Source: an uncultured Polyangiales bacterium
GTDB lineage: Bacteria > Myxococcota_A > Polyangia > Polyangiales > JADJMO01
NCBI GenBank assembly: GCA_964624885.1
Contig: CAZUZY010000001.1
Location: 12,831 to 76,830, forward strand
Reading direction: 5' to 3'
DNA: 64,000 bases
The notes below the pieces were generated by a model. The model saw only the letters and a list, made by a program, of their open reading frames with translations. It had not been told where the DNA came from and did no database searches. The translations under genes and the position numbers were made by a program. Shown one piece after another: positions 28,818-37,788 of this stretch (position 1 is the first letter of the stretch; each line of letters begins with the position of its first letter).

Positions 28818-30369
28818 GCGACTTGCTCGAGTGCTCCTTGCCGTCGAAGCGCAGCATGACCGGCTTGTCGTCCACCTTGGTGGACAGGCACACCGGGCGC
28901 TTCCACACGCGCACCAGCGCCGCGAGCACCTCCTTGGCATAGTCTGCGCGCAGGTCGATCCCCGAGTGCTGGTGGGTGAGCAGGAGCTCGCCGCGGTTCT
29001 CGTGGTTGGCGTCTTCGACGTAGATGAACGGGTTGCCGAAGTTGGTGAGCTGGAAGAGGAGCTTCTCCTTCACCTGCTTGAACTCACGCGTGGCGATCTC
29101 GTAGCGGTCGTTGCGCCCGTTCCACTCGAAGGCGAACAGCTTGTGGCGGATGGCGAACTCCGGCGTGAGGAACTCGTCGAGGAAGGTGACGTCGTTGTAG
29201 AGCGAGCGCACCTCGAGGAGCTTCTTCATGCCGAGGCCGAGGCGCAGATCCCAGTGCTGCTTGGCCCGCATGTCGTCGCACTCTTCCCAGTCCTTGCCGA
29301 ACATCCCGCGGTCCCACCGCTCCTGGACGTCGCGCAGGAGCTCGACCCCGAGCTTGTACGGGTTGAGCCGGCCGCCCGAGGTGGCCATGACGCCCGCGTT
29401 GCGCTCGGCGTAGTCGAGGATCTCCGAGGCGTCGGCCACCTTGGTGGTCATCAGCTTGGAGTGCCAGAAGCTCGCCCAGCCCTCGTTGAGGATCTTGGTC
29501 TGCATCTGGGGGACGAAGTAGTAGGCCTCCTCGCGGATCACCTCGAGGCAGTCGCGCTCCCAGCGCTCGAGCGGCGCGTTGTCGAGCAGGAAGCGCAGCA
29601 CGTCGCGCTCGGGGTGCTCGGGGTGCTTCTTGGGCTTGTCGCGCTCGGCCTCGAGCTTCTTGCGCTGCTCGTCGATGTACTCGTCGGGGTTGATGAACTT
29701 GTCCATGTAGCCCTTGGCGCGCAGCCGCGGGACCTCCTGGACCTTGTCCTCCTCGTCCTCGTCGGCGATCGGCGCGCGGGCCTTGAACGGGTCGTAGGGA
29801 TCGATGAGGTTCTCGAGCGAGAGGCAGGCGTCGAGGAACGGCTCCACCTTGTCGACGCCGTGCCGCGCGAGGTGGCGGCTGATGCGCGACCCGTGGTTGG
29901 CCATCTTGTCGATCCACTTGCGGTTCGGGTCGTAGTGGCCCGGCTGCCGCGTGGGCTGCACGACCTGTCCACGCGCGTCGAGGTCGGTGGCGCGGAACAC
30001 GAAGTTGTTCTTGAAGAAGTCGACGTGCCCGCACACGTGGCACATGACCATCTTCTGGTCGACCAGCGAGTTCCCCTCGAGCAGGTAGGCGAACGAGGGG
30101 TTGTTGTTGATCACCATCTCGTAGATCTTGCTGGCGCCGTACTCGTAGCTCTTGCTGAGCTGCTCGTACTCCATGCCGAAGCGCCAGTGCGGGTAGCGCT
30201 GGGGGAACCCCCCGAACGCGGCCACCTCGTTCATCTGGTCGTAGGCCAGCATCTCGTAGACGATCGGGAAGAAGTCGAGCCCTTGCTCACGAGCGATCAC
30301 CTCGATGCGCTCCTGCTCACGGCGGAGGTAGCCGGGGATCGAGGTCTTGAGGGCAGAGGGGCTCGCCAT
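28810..30369 (-). CDS. spoVR: SpoVR/YcgB family protein
   Basis: 519 aa. FPIVYEMLAYDQMNEVAAFGGFPQRYPHWRFGMEYEQL...KIYEMVINNNPSFAYLLEGN is diagnostic of SpoVR. Confidence 0.92.
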   Translation of the reverse strand: MASPSALKTSIPGYLRREQERIEVIAREQGLDFFPIVYEMLAYDQMNEVAAFGGFPQRYPHWRFGMEYEQLSKSYEYGASKIYEMVINNNPSFAYLLEGNSLVDQKMVMCHVCGHVDFFKNNFVFRATDLDARGQVVQPTRQPGHYDPNRKWIDKMANHGSRISRHLARHGVDKVEPFLDACLSLENLIDPYDPFKARAPIADEDEEDKVQEVPRLRAKGYMDKFINPDEYIDEQRKKLEAERDKPKKHPEHPERDVLRFLLDNAPLERWERDCLEVIREEAYYFVPQMQTKILNEGWASFWHSKLMTTKVADASEILDYAERNAGVMATSGGRLNPYKLGVELLRDVQERWDRGMFGKDWEECDDMRAKQHWDLRLGLGMKKLLEVRSLYNDVTFLDEFLTPEFAIRHKLFAFEWNGRNDRYEIATREFKQVKEKLLFQLTNFGNPFIYVEDANHENRGELLLTHQHSGIDLRADYAKEVLAALVRVWKRPVCLSTKVDDKPVMLRFDGKEHSSKSLK

Positions 30370-30437
30370 TGGCAGACAGCATACCGCACCCCAAACCGGG
30401 GCTTCCCAAAAGCCCTCGCGCCGACGAGGATCGCTCG

Positions 30438-31769
30438 ATGCGCCTTCGTCGCTGGGCCCTCCCGGTCGTCACCTCGTTCTCCCTCGGCTGGCTCGGGCAC
30501 TCGCTGGTCACCCCGAAGCTCGCCCACGCCGACAAGGCCAACGAGCCCCCCCACGCCACCATGGAGCACCTCGCGAAGGTGCTCGTGCAGGTCGAGAACC
30601 GCTACGTGGATCCGGTCGACCGCGACCGCCTGCTCGCCGGCGCGATCAAGGGGCTCGTCTCGGAGCTCGATCCGCACTCGGAGTTCTACACGCCGAAGGA
30701 GTACGCCGACTTCCTCGCCGAGACCAACGGCACGTTCGGCGGCGTGGGCCTCGAGGTCGACGGCCGCGGCGAGTACCTGACCATCATCGCCCCCATCGAG
30801 GGCGGTCCGGCCGAGAAGGCGGGCCTCAAGCCGGGCGACGAGATCGTCGCCATCGACGGCGACGACGCCAAGGGCATCTCGGTGGAGAAGTCCGTGCGCC
30901 GCATGCGCGGCAAGCCGGGCACCAAGGTGGAGCTCACCATCCGGCGGCCCAGCGACGGCAAGGTCTACAAGGTGCCGCTCGTGCGCGCCGAGATCCACGT
31001 GCCGAGCGTGCGCGGCCACGTGCTGCCCGGGAACATCGTCTACCTGCGGCTCGTGCAGTTCCAGGAGACGACCCACGCCGAGCTGCTCGAGACGGTCACG
31101 AAGATGAAGGCGAAGACCGGCGGCAAGATCGCCGGCGTGGTGCTCGATCTGCGCCGCAACCCTGGCGGCCTCGTGAAGCAGGCGGTGCTGGTCGCGGACG
31201 AGTTCCTCGACAAGGGCGTCATCTTCTCGATGAAGGGCCAGGGCGGGAAGACGCTCGAGGAGGCCAAGGCCTCGGCCGGCGGTGCGCTGGTCGAGCCGAA
31301 GCTCGCGGTGCTGGTGGACGACGGGAGTGCGAGCGCCGCGGAGCTGCTCGCGGGCGCGCTGCAGGACCACAAGCGGGCGACGATCGTCGGCACCACGACC
31401 TACGGCAAGGGCAGCGTGCAGTCGCTGATCGAGCTGCCGGGCGGCGGTGGGCTCAAGCTGACGACGGCGCGGTACTACACGCCGAACGGCCGCGCGATCC
31501 AGGCGCAGGGGGTGGAGCCGGATCTGGTCGTGGAGGCGACGCGCGCGCTGGACGACAAGCCGCTGCCGTTCCTCAAGGAGAAGGACCTGCCGAACGCGCT
31601 GCCGCCGGAGGCAGGCAAGCCACTGCCGAACGCGGCGGGCACGCTGGACGCGAAGCCGAAGGTGACGCCGCCTGCCGTGGCTCACGAGCCGAACCTGGAG
31701 AAGGATTTCCCCCTGCGCATGGCCCACCAGGTGGTGAGCGCGAAGGTGAAGGGCGCCCCGGTGCCGTGA
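30438..31769 (+). CDS. S41 family carboxy-terminal processing peptidase
   Basis: Start at MRLRRWALPVV (signal/TM). PDZ segment GGPAEKAGLKPGDEIVAIDG. S41 motifs VVLDLRRNPGGLV, DDGSASAAELLAGAL and TYGKGSVQ. Confidence 0.9.
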   Translation: MRLRRWALPVVTSFSLGWLGHSLVTPKLAHADKANEPPHATMEHLAKVLVQVENRYVDPVDRDRLLAGAIKGLVSELDPHSEFYTPKEYADFLAETNGTFGGVGLEVDGRGEYLTIIAPIEGGPAEKAGLKPGDEIVAIDGDDAKGISVEKSVRRMRGKPGTKVELTIRRPSDGKVYKVPLVRAEIHVPSVRGHVLPGNIVYLRLVQFQETTHAELLETVTKMKAKTGGKIAGVVLDLRRNPGGLVKQAVLVADEFLDKGVIFSMKGQGGKTLEEAKASAGGALVEPKLAVLVDDGSASAAELLAGALQDHKRATIVGTTTYGKGSVQSLIELPGGGGLKLTTARYYTPNGRAIQAQGVEPDLVVEATRALDDKPLPFLKEKDLPNALPPEAGKPLPNAAGTLDAKPKVTPPAVAHEPNLEKDFPLRMAHQVVSAKVKGAPVP

Positions 31770-31809
31770 CGGTCCGGGCTCGATCGTCTGGCTCCGTGAC
31801 GCCCCCGCT

Positions 31810-32787
31810 TCAGACGTGTGGTCCGCGCTGTTTCGCGCCCGCCCGCGTGCCGGGCAGTGTGGCGCCCGTGCTCGTCAGGAGCTCCACCACTGCGCGGACC
31901 CTTCGCGGGATCGCGCGCGCCGGCAGCACGATCCACGCTGGCTTGGGCTCTGGCTCGAAGCGACGGAGCAGGCGCTGCAGTCGGCGGGCCACGAGGTGCT
32001 CCTCGACCACGAACTGAGGGAGCTGCGCGATGCCCGCCCCGGCCACGGCCATCGCCGCGAGGTGGTGCATGTCGTCGGAGGTGGCGACGCTCGCTGGGGT
32101 CAACGCGCGCGGGCCGCCGTCGGAGAAGAACCACGGGTCCTCGCGCCCGTCGGCGCGCGCGAAGGTGAGCGCCTCGTGACGCAACAGATCGTCGACCGCC
32201 GAGGGCTCGCCCCTCCGCGCGAGGTACCGAGGGGAGGCCACGGTCACGAAGCGGCCCGTACCGAGCGGTCGCGCCGCGAAGCTCGAGTCGGGCAGGGCAC
32301 CCACGGCGATCATCAGATCGAGGCCACGGTCGACCAGATCGGAGAGGCGCATCGTGCTCACGATCTCCACCCGGAGCCGGGGGTGCTGCTCGCGCAGAGC
32401 GCACAGCTGAGGGGCGACGAGGAACGTGCCGAACAGCGTGGGGAGCCCGATGCGGACGGTGCCGTGCGCGGTCTGGTTGCGCGCCGAAGCCTCCTCCGCC
32501 GCCTCGGCCAACAGCGCGAACGCGCGGGCGCACCGGTCGCGGAAGGCCATGCCCTCGTCGGTGAGGTGCAGCGCACGCGTGGTCCGCGCCAGCAGCCGCA
32601 CACCGAGATCGCTCTCGAGCCGGCTCACGGCCTTGCTGATCGCCGATGGGGTCAGCGAGTGGAGGGTCGCCGCCGCCGTGAAGCTCCCCGACTCGGCCAC
32701 GCTCACGAACAACCGCGCGTCGGCTTCGGAGATCGGCAATCGATGAATCTGGTTCACGAGTGTCGTGCTTCGGGGCGGCTTTTTCAT
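31810..32787 (-). CDS. LysR family transcriptional regulator
   Basis: HTH FVSVAESGSFTAAATLHSLTPSAISKAVSRLESDLGVRLLARTTR. Divergent from the GST gene. Start set at MKKPP (32787); the track ORF extends to 32847. Confidence 0.88.
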   Translation of the reverse strand: MKKPPRSTTLVNQIHRLPISEADARLFVSVAESGSFTAAATLHSLTPSAISKAVSRLESDLGVRLLARTTRALHLTDEGMAFRDRCARAFALLAEAAEEASARNQTAHGTVRIGLPTLFGTFLVAPQLCALREQHPRLRVEIVSTMRLSDLVDRGLDLMIAVGALPDSSFAARPLGTGRFVTVASPRYLARRGEPSAVDDLLRHEALTFARADGREDPWFFSDGGPRALTPASVATSDDMHHLAAMAVAGAGIAQLPQFVVEEHLVARRLQRLLRRFEPEPKPAWIVLPARAIPRRVRAVVELLTSTGATLPGTRAGAKQRGPHV

Positions 32788-32852
32788 GGGACCAGGGGTC
32801 GCCATGATGCCCGAACACGCCGCGCAGTGCGGCGCCAAAGGAGACACTCGTC

Positions 32853-33467
32853 ATGAAGCTCTACTACAGCCCCGGTGCGTCGTCGCTCGCCTGTCACATC
32901 GCGATCTGCGAGGCCGGCCTCGTCGGGATCGAGCTCGTTCGCGTCGATCTCGAGAAGCACCAGGTGGTCGCGACCGGCGAGGATTTCCTCGCCGTCAACC
33001 CGATGGGCAAGGTCCCCGTGCTGGTGCTGGACGACGGTCACGTCCTGACCGAGGGCAGCGCGGTGCTCCAGTACCTCGCCGATCGCGCGCCCCACGCCCA
33101 CCTCGCGCCCGTCGCCGGCAGCTTCGCGCGCCATCGCCTCACGGAGGCGCTGAGCTTCGTCGCGACCGAGCTGCACAAGGGCTTCTCCCCGATGTTCGAC
33201 CCGGACCTCCCGGCCGACTACCGCCGCAAGCTCCTGTCCGATCCCCGCCCCATGAACGGTATGGCGCGCCTGGTCGCCGAGGGGCCGTACGTGCTCGGCG
33301 CGGAGTTCTCGGTCGCCGACGCCTACCTCATCTCGATCCTCCGCCTCGGTCGCCACGCGGGCCTCGACTATTCACCGTGGCCCGCGGTCGAGGCGTACTT
33401 CGCCCGCGTCGTCGCCCGCCCGGCGGTTCGGGCGGCCTTGCGCGCCGAAGGTCTCGTCGATCCGTGA
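32853..33467 (+). CDS. Glutathione S-transferase (beta-class-like)
   Basis: MKLYYSPGASSLACHIAICEAGL...AVNPMGKVPVLVLDDGHVLTEGSAVLQYL. AAAGGAGA Shine-Dalgarno sequence upstream. Confidence 0.9.
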   Translation: MKLYYSPGASSLACHIAICEAGLVGIELVRVDLEKHQVVATGEDFLAVNPMGKVPVLVLDDGHVLTEGSAVLQYLADRAPHAHLAPVAGSFARHRLTEALSFVATELHKGFSPMFDPDLPADYRRKLLSDPRPMNGMARLVAEGPYVLGAEFSVADAYLISILRLGRHAGLDYSPWPAVEAYFARVVARPAVRAALRAEGLVDP

Positions 33468-33483
33468 ACGTCGAACGACGTTC
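33466..33483. promoter_or_regulatory. 18-nt perfect palindrome GAACGTCG-AA-CGACGTTC overlapping the GST stop codon
   Basis: Read directly from the sequence. It could form a short hairpin or be a protein-binding site. No T-tract. Confidence 0.2.
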
Positions 33484-33561
33484 GCGGCAGGCGCCAGGAC
33501 CTGACGCAAGGACCCATCTCCTCGCCTTCGCACGCACTCGCTCGGTTGATATCCTGTCGCC

Positions 33562-34131
33562 ATGAAGCTCGGACTCGCGGTCGCGATCGGCGTGCTCGCC
33601 ACGACGGGGTGTCACGGCGAGCCGGTGAGCTCGCCCAGCGACACGGGGTCGGCGGGCGACGGGGCGGCCGACGCTGGAACGAACCTGCTCACGAACGGCG
33701 ACTTCGAGAGTGGGTGCGCCGGCTGGAACGACGAGCGGACGACCATGACCGTGGTCTCGACAGCCCATGGCAGCAAGACGGCCTGCATGCTCTGCAGCGA
33801 CGGCGCGGACCGGTACTGGGGCTGGCAGTACGTCGACGGCGCCACCCTCGTCGACGGCAAGAAGTACGTGGCCGAGGCCTGGCTCCGCCGCATGCCCGCG
33901 GATGGTGGCGCGACGGGGGACGGCTCCCTCGACATCCTGCAGTGGGACGAGGCGAGCGGCTCTCTCGTAGGCGGGGGCAGTGGCAGCGTTCCCCTGACCG
34001 ACGAGTGGCAGCACCTCACCGCCTTCGTGATCAAGGATTCCCGGGCGAAGTTCGTCGAGATCCGATTCGGCTCCACCACCCCACGAACGTGCTTCGTCGT
34101 CGACGACGTCTCCTTCCACGCCGTCCCCTGA
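33562..34131 (+). CDS. Lipoprotein with carbohydrate-binding-module-like (CBM4/9-type) fold
   Basis: Lipobox LATTGCHG. NLLTNGDFESGCAGWN is the typical opening of CBM_4_9 jelly-roll domains. No catalytic domain is attached. Confidence 0.65.
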   Translation: MKLGLAVAIGVLATTGCHGEPVSSPSDTGSAGDGAADAGTNLLTNGDFESGCAGWNDERTTMTVVSTAHGSKTACMLCSDGADRYWGWQYVDGATLVDGKKYVAEAWLRRMPADGGATGDGSLDILQWDEASGSLVGGGSGSVPLTDEWQHLTAFVIKDSRAKFVEIRFGSTTPRTCFVVDDVSFHAVP

Positions 34132-34139
34132 ACGTCAGG

Positions 34140-35501
34140 TCACTCCACCTGGATCGTGCCCACCATCCCGGTCTCGGCGTGCTCGAGGATGTGGCAGTGG
34201 TAGACCCACGTCCCGCGCTCGTCGAAGCGCGCCACGAACTTCAGGCTCGACTTCTTCGGCACGATCACCGTGTCCTTACGGAGCACCGAGTCGAGCGGCT
34301 TGCCGTCCTTCTGCACCACGTCGAAGAAGAACCCGTGCAGGTGGAACGGGTGGTCCATCGGCGCGTCGTTCCGCACCTCGAACGCCCGCGTCTCCCCGAA
34401 CGGCACCTTGATCGCCGGCACGTCCGGGAACGTCTTGCCGTTGATGGTGAACACCACGTTGCCGTCCGGCTGCAGCTTCTCGTCGAGCACCAGCGTGTGG
34501 TCCGTGGGCCGGTCGGCGAGCGGCGTGAACGCGGGAAGGTTCGTGGGCAGCGGCCCGCCGAGCGGCGCGCCCGCGAGCTCGATCGTCGCCACCGGGGCCT
34601 TGGGCATCGCGCCCGAGTCGTGGCCGCGATCGTACGGATCGTTCGTCAGGGTGAGCGTCGCCGAGCCCTGTGGCACCACGATCACGTCGTACCGCTCGCC
34701 CGGCGCCACGAGCACGTGGTCGGTGTCGTAGGGCTTGCCGAGGAACCCCGCGTCGCCGCCGATCACGCGGAACGTGTGGCCCGGCAACGCGAGGTTGAAG
34801 AAGCGTCCGTTCGCCGCGTTCACGATGCGGAGGCGCACGCGCGAGCCGGGCTGCCAGCGGAACACGCGCTTGGCCTCGCCGTTCACCAACAAGAGGTCGC
34901 CGCCGCGGCCCATCATCTTCGACTCGTCGTCGAGGTAGTCCTCGATCGAGCCGTCGGCCTTCAGCGTGAGGTCGTCGAGGACCAGCACCTCCTCGCGATC
35001 CACCACGGGCTCGTTGGCCCCCCGCACCCGGATGACGCCGTACAGACCCTGGTTGATCTGCACGTCGGAGCGCATGTGCGGGTGGTACCAGAACAGCCCT
35101 GCGTCCTTGAGCGTGAAGTCGTAGGTGAACGTCTGCCCGGGCTCGATCGGCATCTGCGAGAGCATCGTGCCGTCCATCGCCGAGGGGAGGCGCACCCCGT
35201 GCCAGTGGATGGTCGTCGTCTCGGGCAGCGAGTTCTTGAGGTGGACGATCAGGCGGTCGCCGACCTTCGCGTCGATGAGCGGGCCCGGGATCGTGCCGCT
35301 GTAGGTCCACGCGTTCTTGGTCGTGACGCCGGTCGTGAAGCCGTGCGGGCCGACCTTGGCCTCGAGCGAGACCTCGACGATCTTCGGATCGGGGTTCTGG
35401 TCCTCGGCGCGCGGCATCGTGGTGTCGACGAACTCCGGCGCCGTCGTCGCCGGATCCGAGCTGCAGCCGAGCAGCAGCAGACCGAACAGCGCGCGACGCA
35501 T
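34140..35501 (-). CDS. Multicopper oxidase lipoprotein
   Basis: Tail of track ORF 34140..37313. Start MRRALFGLLLLGCSS (lipobox). Copper motifs TIHWHGV, LFWYHPHM and WVYHCHILEHAETGMVG. Confidence 0.9.
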   Translation of the reverse strand: MRRALFGLLLLGCSSDPATTAPEFVDTTMPRAEDQNPDPKIVEVSLEAKVGPHGFTTGVTTKNAWTYSGTIPGPLIDAKVGDRLIVHLKNSLPETTTIHWHGVRLPSAMDGTMLSQMPIEPGQTFTYDFTLKDAGLFWYHPHMRSDVQINQGLYGVIRVRGANEPVVDREEVLVLDDLTLKADGSIEDYLDDESKMMGRGGDLLLVNGEAKRVFRWQPGSRVRLRIVNAANGRFFNLALPGHTFRVIGGDAGFLGKPYDTDHVLVAPGERYDVIVVPQGSATLTLTNDPYDRGHDSGAMPKAPVATIELAGAPLGGPLPTNLPAFTPLADRPTDHTLVLDEKLQPDGNVVFTINGKTFPDVPAIKVPFGETRAFEVRNDAPMDHPFHLHGFFFDVVQKDGKPLDSVLRKDTVIVPKKSSLKFVARFDERGTWVYHCHILEHAETGMVGTIQVE

Positions 35502-35926
35502 CACTTCACCGGGTTCGCCGACATCTCGGCCGAGTAGGGGGAGAAGTTCGCGCCGACCTTGCAGCGCGCCCGGTAGGTGTACGTGGTGTCCACCGTGGCG
35601 GTGCCGTCCATCTTGTTGTTCACCGTGCCGGGCACCGTGAACAGGACCTTGTAGTCCTCGGTGTCGCTCTTGCGCTCGCCGACGACCGAGTCGCAGGTCT
35701 GGTTGTTCTTCCACACGACGTGGAGCGCCCCGCTCATCTTCATCAGCGTCGTGATCGTGGGCGCCTTCAGGTCCACGGTGACCTCGGCCGCGTCCTCGGC
35801 GGCGTCGGCGAGCTCGGTGTCCGCGGGTGCATCGGAGGCGGTCCCGCTGTCGGAAGGCTCGCCCGCCTTCTCCGTGGAGGAGCAACCGAACACCAGCACG
35901 CAGACCATCAACCAGGAACGACGCAT
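35501..35926 (-). CDS. Small lipoprotein (FN3/Ig-like beta-sandwich?), co-operonic with the multicopper oxidase
   Basis: Start MRRSWLMVCVLVFGCSS (lipobox). Its stop overlaps the MCO start by 1 nt. 141 aa. Confidence 0.65.
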   Translation of the reverse strand: MRRSWLMVCVLVFGCSSTEKAGEPSDSGTASDAPADTELADAAEDAAEVTVDLKAPTITTLMKMSGALHVVWKNNQTCDSVVGERKSDTEDYKVLFTVPGTVNNKMDGTATVDTTYTYRARCKVGANFSPYSAEMSANPVK

Positions 35927-36026
35927 CCACGGCGTGTAGCCCCTCGGCTGAGCTTCCACAACGGCCGCAGAACTGCAGTGTTTGCGTGCACGCGCACGAT
36001 CGTCGTCGAGCCAGTACACTGTCCTC

Positions 36027-37070
36027 GTGCGTCGCTGCTTCGTTCTCTTCGGCCTGCTCGTCGCCTGCTCGAGCACCTCCTCCGCCACCCCCGGAGACGC
36101 GGCCACCGACGCCGCCGCCGAGGCCGAGGTCGCGCACGACGGAGGCCACGACGTCGCCATCGACGAGACCGGCTTCACGTTCGGCGGTCCCAAGACCCTG
36201 CAGGAGACCGGCCTCTATGCCGACTTCGCCGCGCGCACGATCGCGGCCGACGTGATCGCCTACACCGTCCGCTACGAGCTCTGGTCCGACGGCGTCACCA
36301 AGAAGCGCTGGTTCAAGCTCCCGGTGGGCACCAAGATCGACACGACCGACCCGGACCACTGGGTGTTCCCGGTGGGCACCAAGCTGTGGAAGGAGTTCTC
36401 GACGCCGGACATGCTGCGTCCGTTCGAGACCCGCTACCTGATCAAGCTCCCGAGCGGCAAGTGGGACATGGTCGGCTACGGCTGGCAGCACGACGCCGAC
36501 GTCACGATCGCGGCGCCGGGTGGCCTCACCGACATCCACGGCACCAAGCACGACATCCCCTCCACCGAGCAGTGCCACATCTGCCACGACGGCGTGAAGG
36601 ACGGCGCGATCGGCCCGAGCCTCTACCAGCTGAGCAAGCAGCAGATCGACGGCAAGCCTGCGCTCGCCGAGCTCTTCGCCCGCGGTCTGCTCGACAAGAA
36701 GGTCGACGAGATCGACCCGCCGGGAGCCGGCACCGTGCAGGACGCCCTCGGCTACCTGCACGCCAACTGCGGCCACTGTCACAACGACGTCGGCCTCTGG
36801 TCGACCGTGGTGCCGATGCGTCTGCGCTTGCGGGCCAGCGACACCACGCCGGAGGGCACGTGGACCTACACGACCACGCTCGGCAAGAAGGCCAAGCACG
36901 TGCTCGCGGGGGGCGTCGACACCATCGTCGTCGCCGGCAACCCCGACGTCTCGCAGCTCTTCGTGCGCATGGGCAAGCGCGATCTCGAGCAGATGCCGCC
37001 GCTCGGCACCGAGGATCTCGACGCCAAGGGGCTCGCGACGATCAAGAGCTGGATCCTCGGCGTGAAGTGA
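36027..37070 (+). CDS. Lipoprotein with two CxxCH haem-binding motifs (putative di-haem c-type cytochrome)
   Basis: GTG at 36027 gives [16 protein letters not shown] (lipobox). The ATG at 35982 is preceded and followed by low-GC3 codons, so I did not use it. Motifs EQCHICHDG and ANCGHCHND. Confidence 0.7.
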   Translation: MRRCFVLFGLLVACSSTSSATPGDAATDAAAEAEVAHDGGHDVAIDETGFTFGGPKTLQETGLYADFAARTIAADVIAYTVRYELWSDGVTKKRWFKLPVGTKIDTTDPDHWVFPVGTKLWKEFSTPDMLRPFETRYLIKLPSGKWDMVGYGWQHDADVTIAAPGGLTDIHGTKHDIPSTEQCHICHDGVKDGAIGPSLYQLSKQQIDGKPALAELFARGLLDKKVDEIDPPGAGTVQDALGYLHANCGHCHNDVGLWSTVVPMRLRLRASDTTPEGTWTYTTTLGKKAKHVLAGGVDTIVVAGNPDVSQLFVRMGKRDLEQMPPLGTEDLDAKGLATIKSWILGVK

Positions 37071-37092
37071 GCGGAACGGATATCCTCGCCCG

Positions 37093-37788
37093 ATGGCGGC
37101 GAAGAAGAAGGCGGTCGGAGAGAGCAACGCAGCGGCGCGGCGCGCGGCCGCCGGTCCCCAGCTGCCGCGGCCGTCTTCGCTGCCGCACCCTGCCGCGTTG
37201 CGTGCCCACTGCCTCGGCCTCGCCGCGCTCGAGGCGATCCGCGCGCCGCGGTACCCGAAATACGTGGCCGTGACCCACGGCCCCGTCACCACGTTCGTGC
37301 TCGACCGCGGCAACGGCGACGAGCTGCAGGTGGTGTTCGCGGGCGACGAGTGTCTGGTCCGCGGCTTCGATCACGAGTGCGAACGCAGCCCGTTCCAGGT
37401 GGGGCACGTGTGGCCAGGCACCTACGAAGGGCTCCCGGCGCCCTTCCGCAAGATCGTCGAGCACCCTCCGGGCGTGCCCTACGACGGCGAGCTCTTCGGC
37501 GATGCCCCGGGCGCCGCCGGTCACCTCTTGCCGACCACCTTCGCCAAGTGGTGGAACGGCGAGGGCTGGGTGGAGGGTCGCCTCGCGCCGGGCGCGCCCG
37601 ACGGCGGGTTCGACTACCTGTTCGGCTGCCTCGACGCGAGCATCGACTTCGAAGGCCTCGATCGCACCCTCGCGCTCCGGGTCTTCGCGGGCCACGTCCT
37701 CACCGACGACGAGCTCCGCAAGCTGAAGGCCGACGTCGATCTCCCCAAGGTGCGCGCCGCCTGGAAGAACATGGGGTTCGGAGCGTGA
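37093..37788 (+). CDS. Hypothetical protein
   Basis: 231-aa ORF with strong GC3 bias and no motif I recognise. Its stop overlaps the downstream GTG (GTGA). Confidence 0.6.
   Translation: MAAKKKAVGESNAAARRAAAGPQLPRPSSLPHPAALRAHCLGLAALEAIRAPRYPKYVAVTHGPVTTFVLDRGNGDELQVVFAGDECLVRGFDHECERSPFQVGHVWPGTYEGLPAPFRKIVEHPPGVPYDGELFGDAPGAAGHLLPTTFAKWWNGEGWVEGRLAPGAPDGGFDYLFGCLDASIDFEGLDRTLALRVFAGHVLTDDELRKLKADVDLPKVRAAWKNMGFGA

Noticed and set aside
28810-30437. A PrkA-YeaH-SpoVR stress module
   Set aside because: Only spoVR is present. The upstream side on the minus strand is a divergent S41 peptidase gene, so prkA and yeaH must be elsewhere. An unlinked ycgB/spoVR is also normal in E. coli.
35982-36026. 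ATG at 35982 as the start of the di-haem lipoprotein, and ATG at 43546 as the start of the membrane protein
   Set aside because: The codons following both ATGs are GC3-poor, unlike the rest of the genes. The internal GTG at 36027 gives a canonical lipoprotein signal peptide. Both starts remain uncertain.
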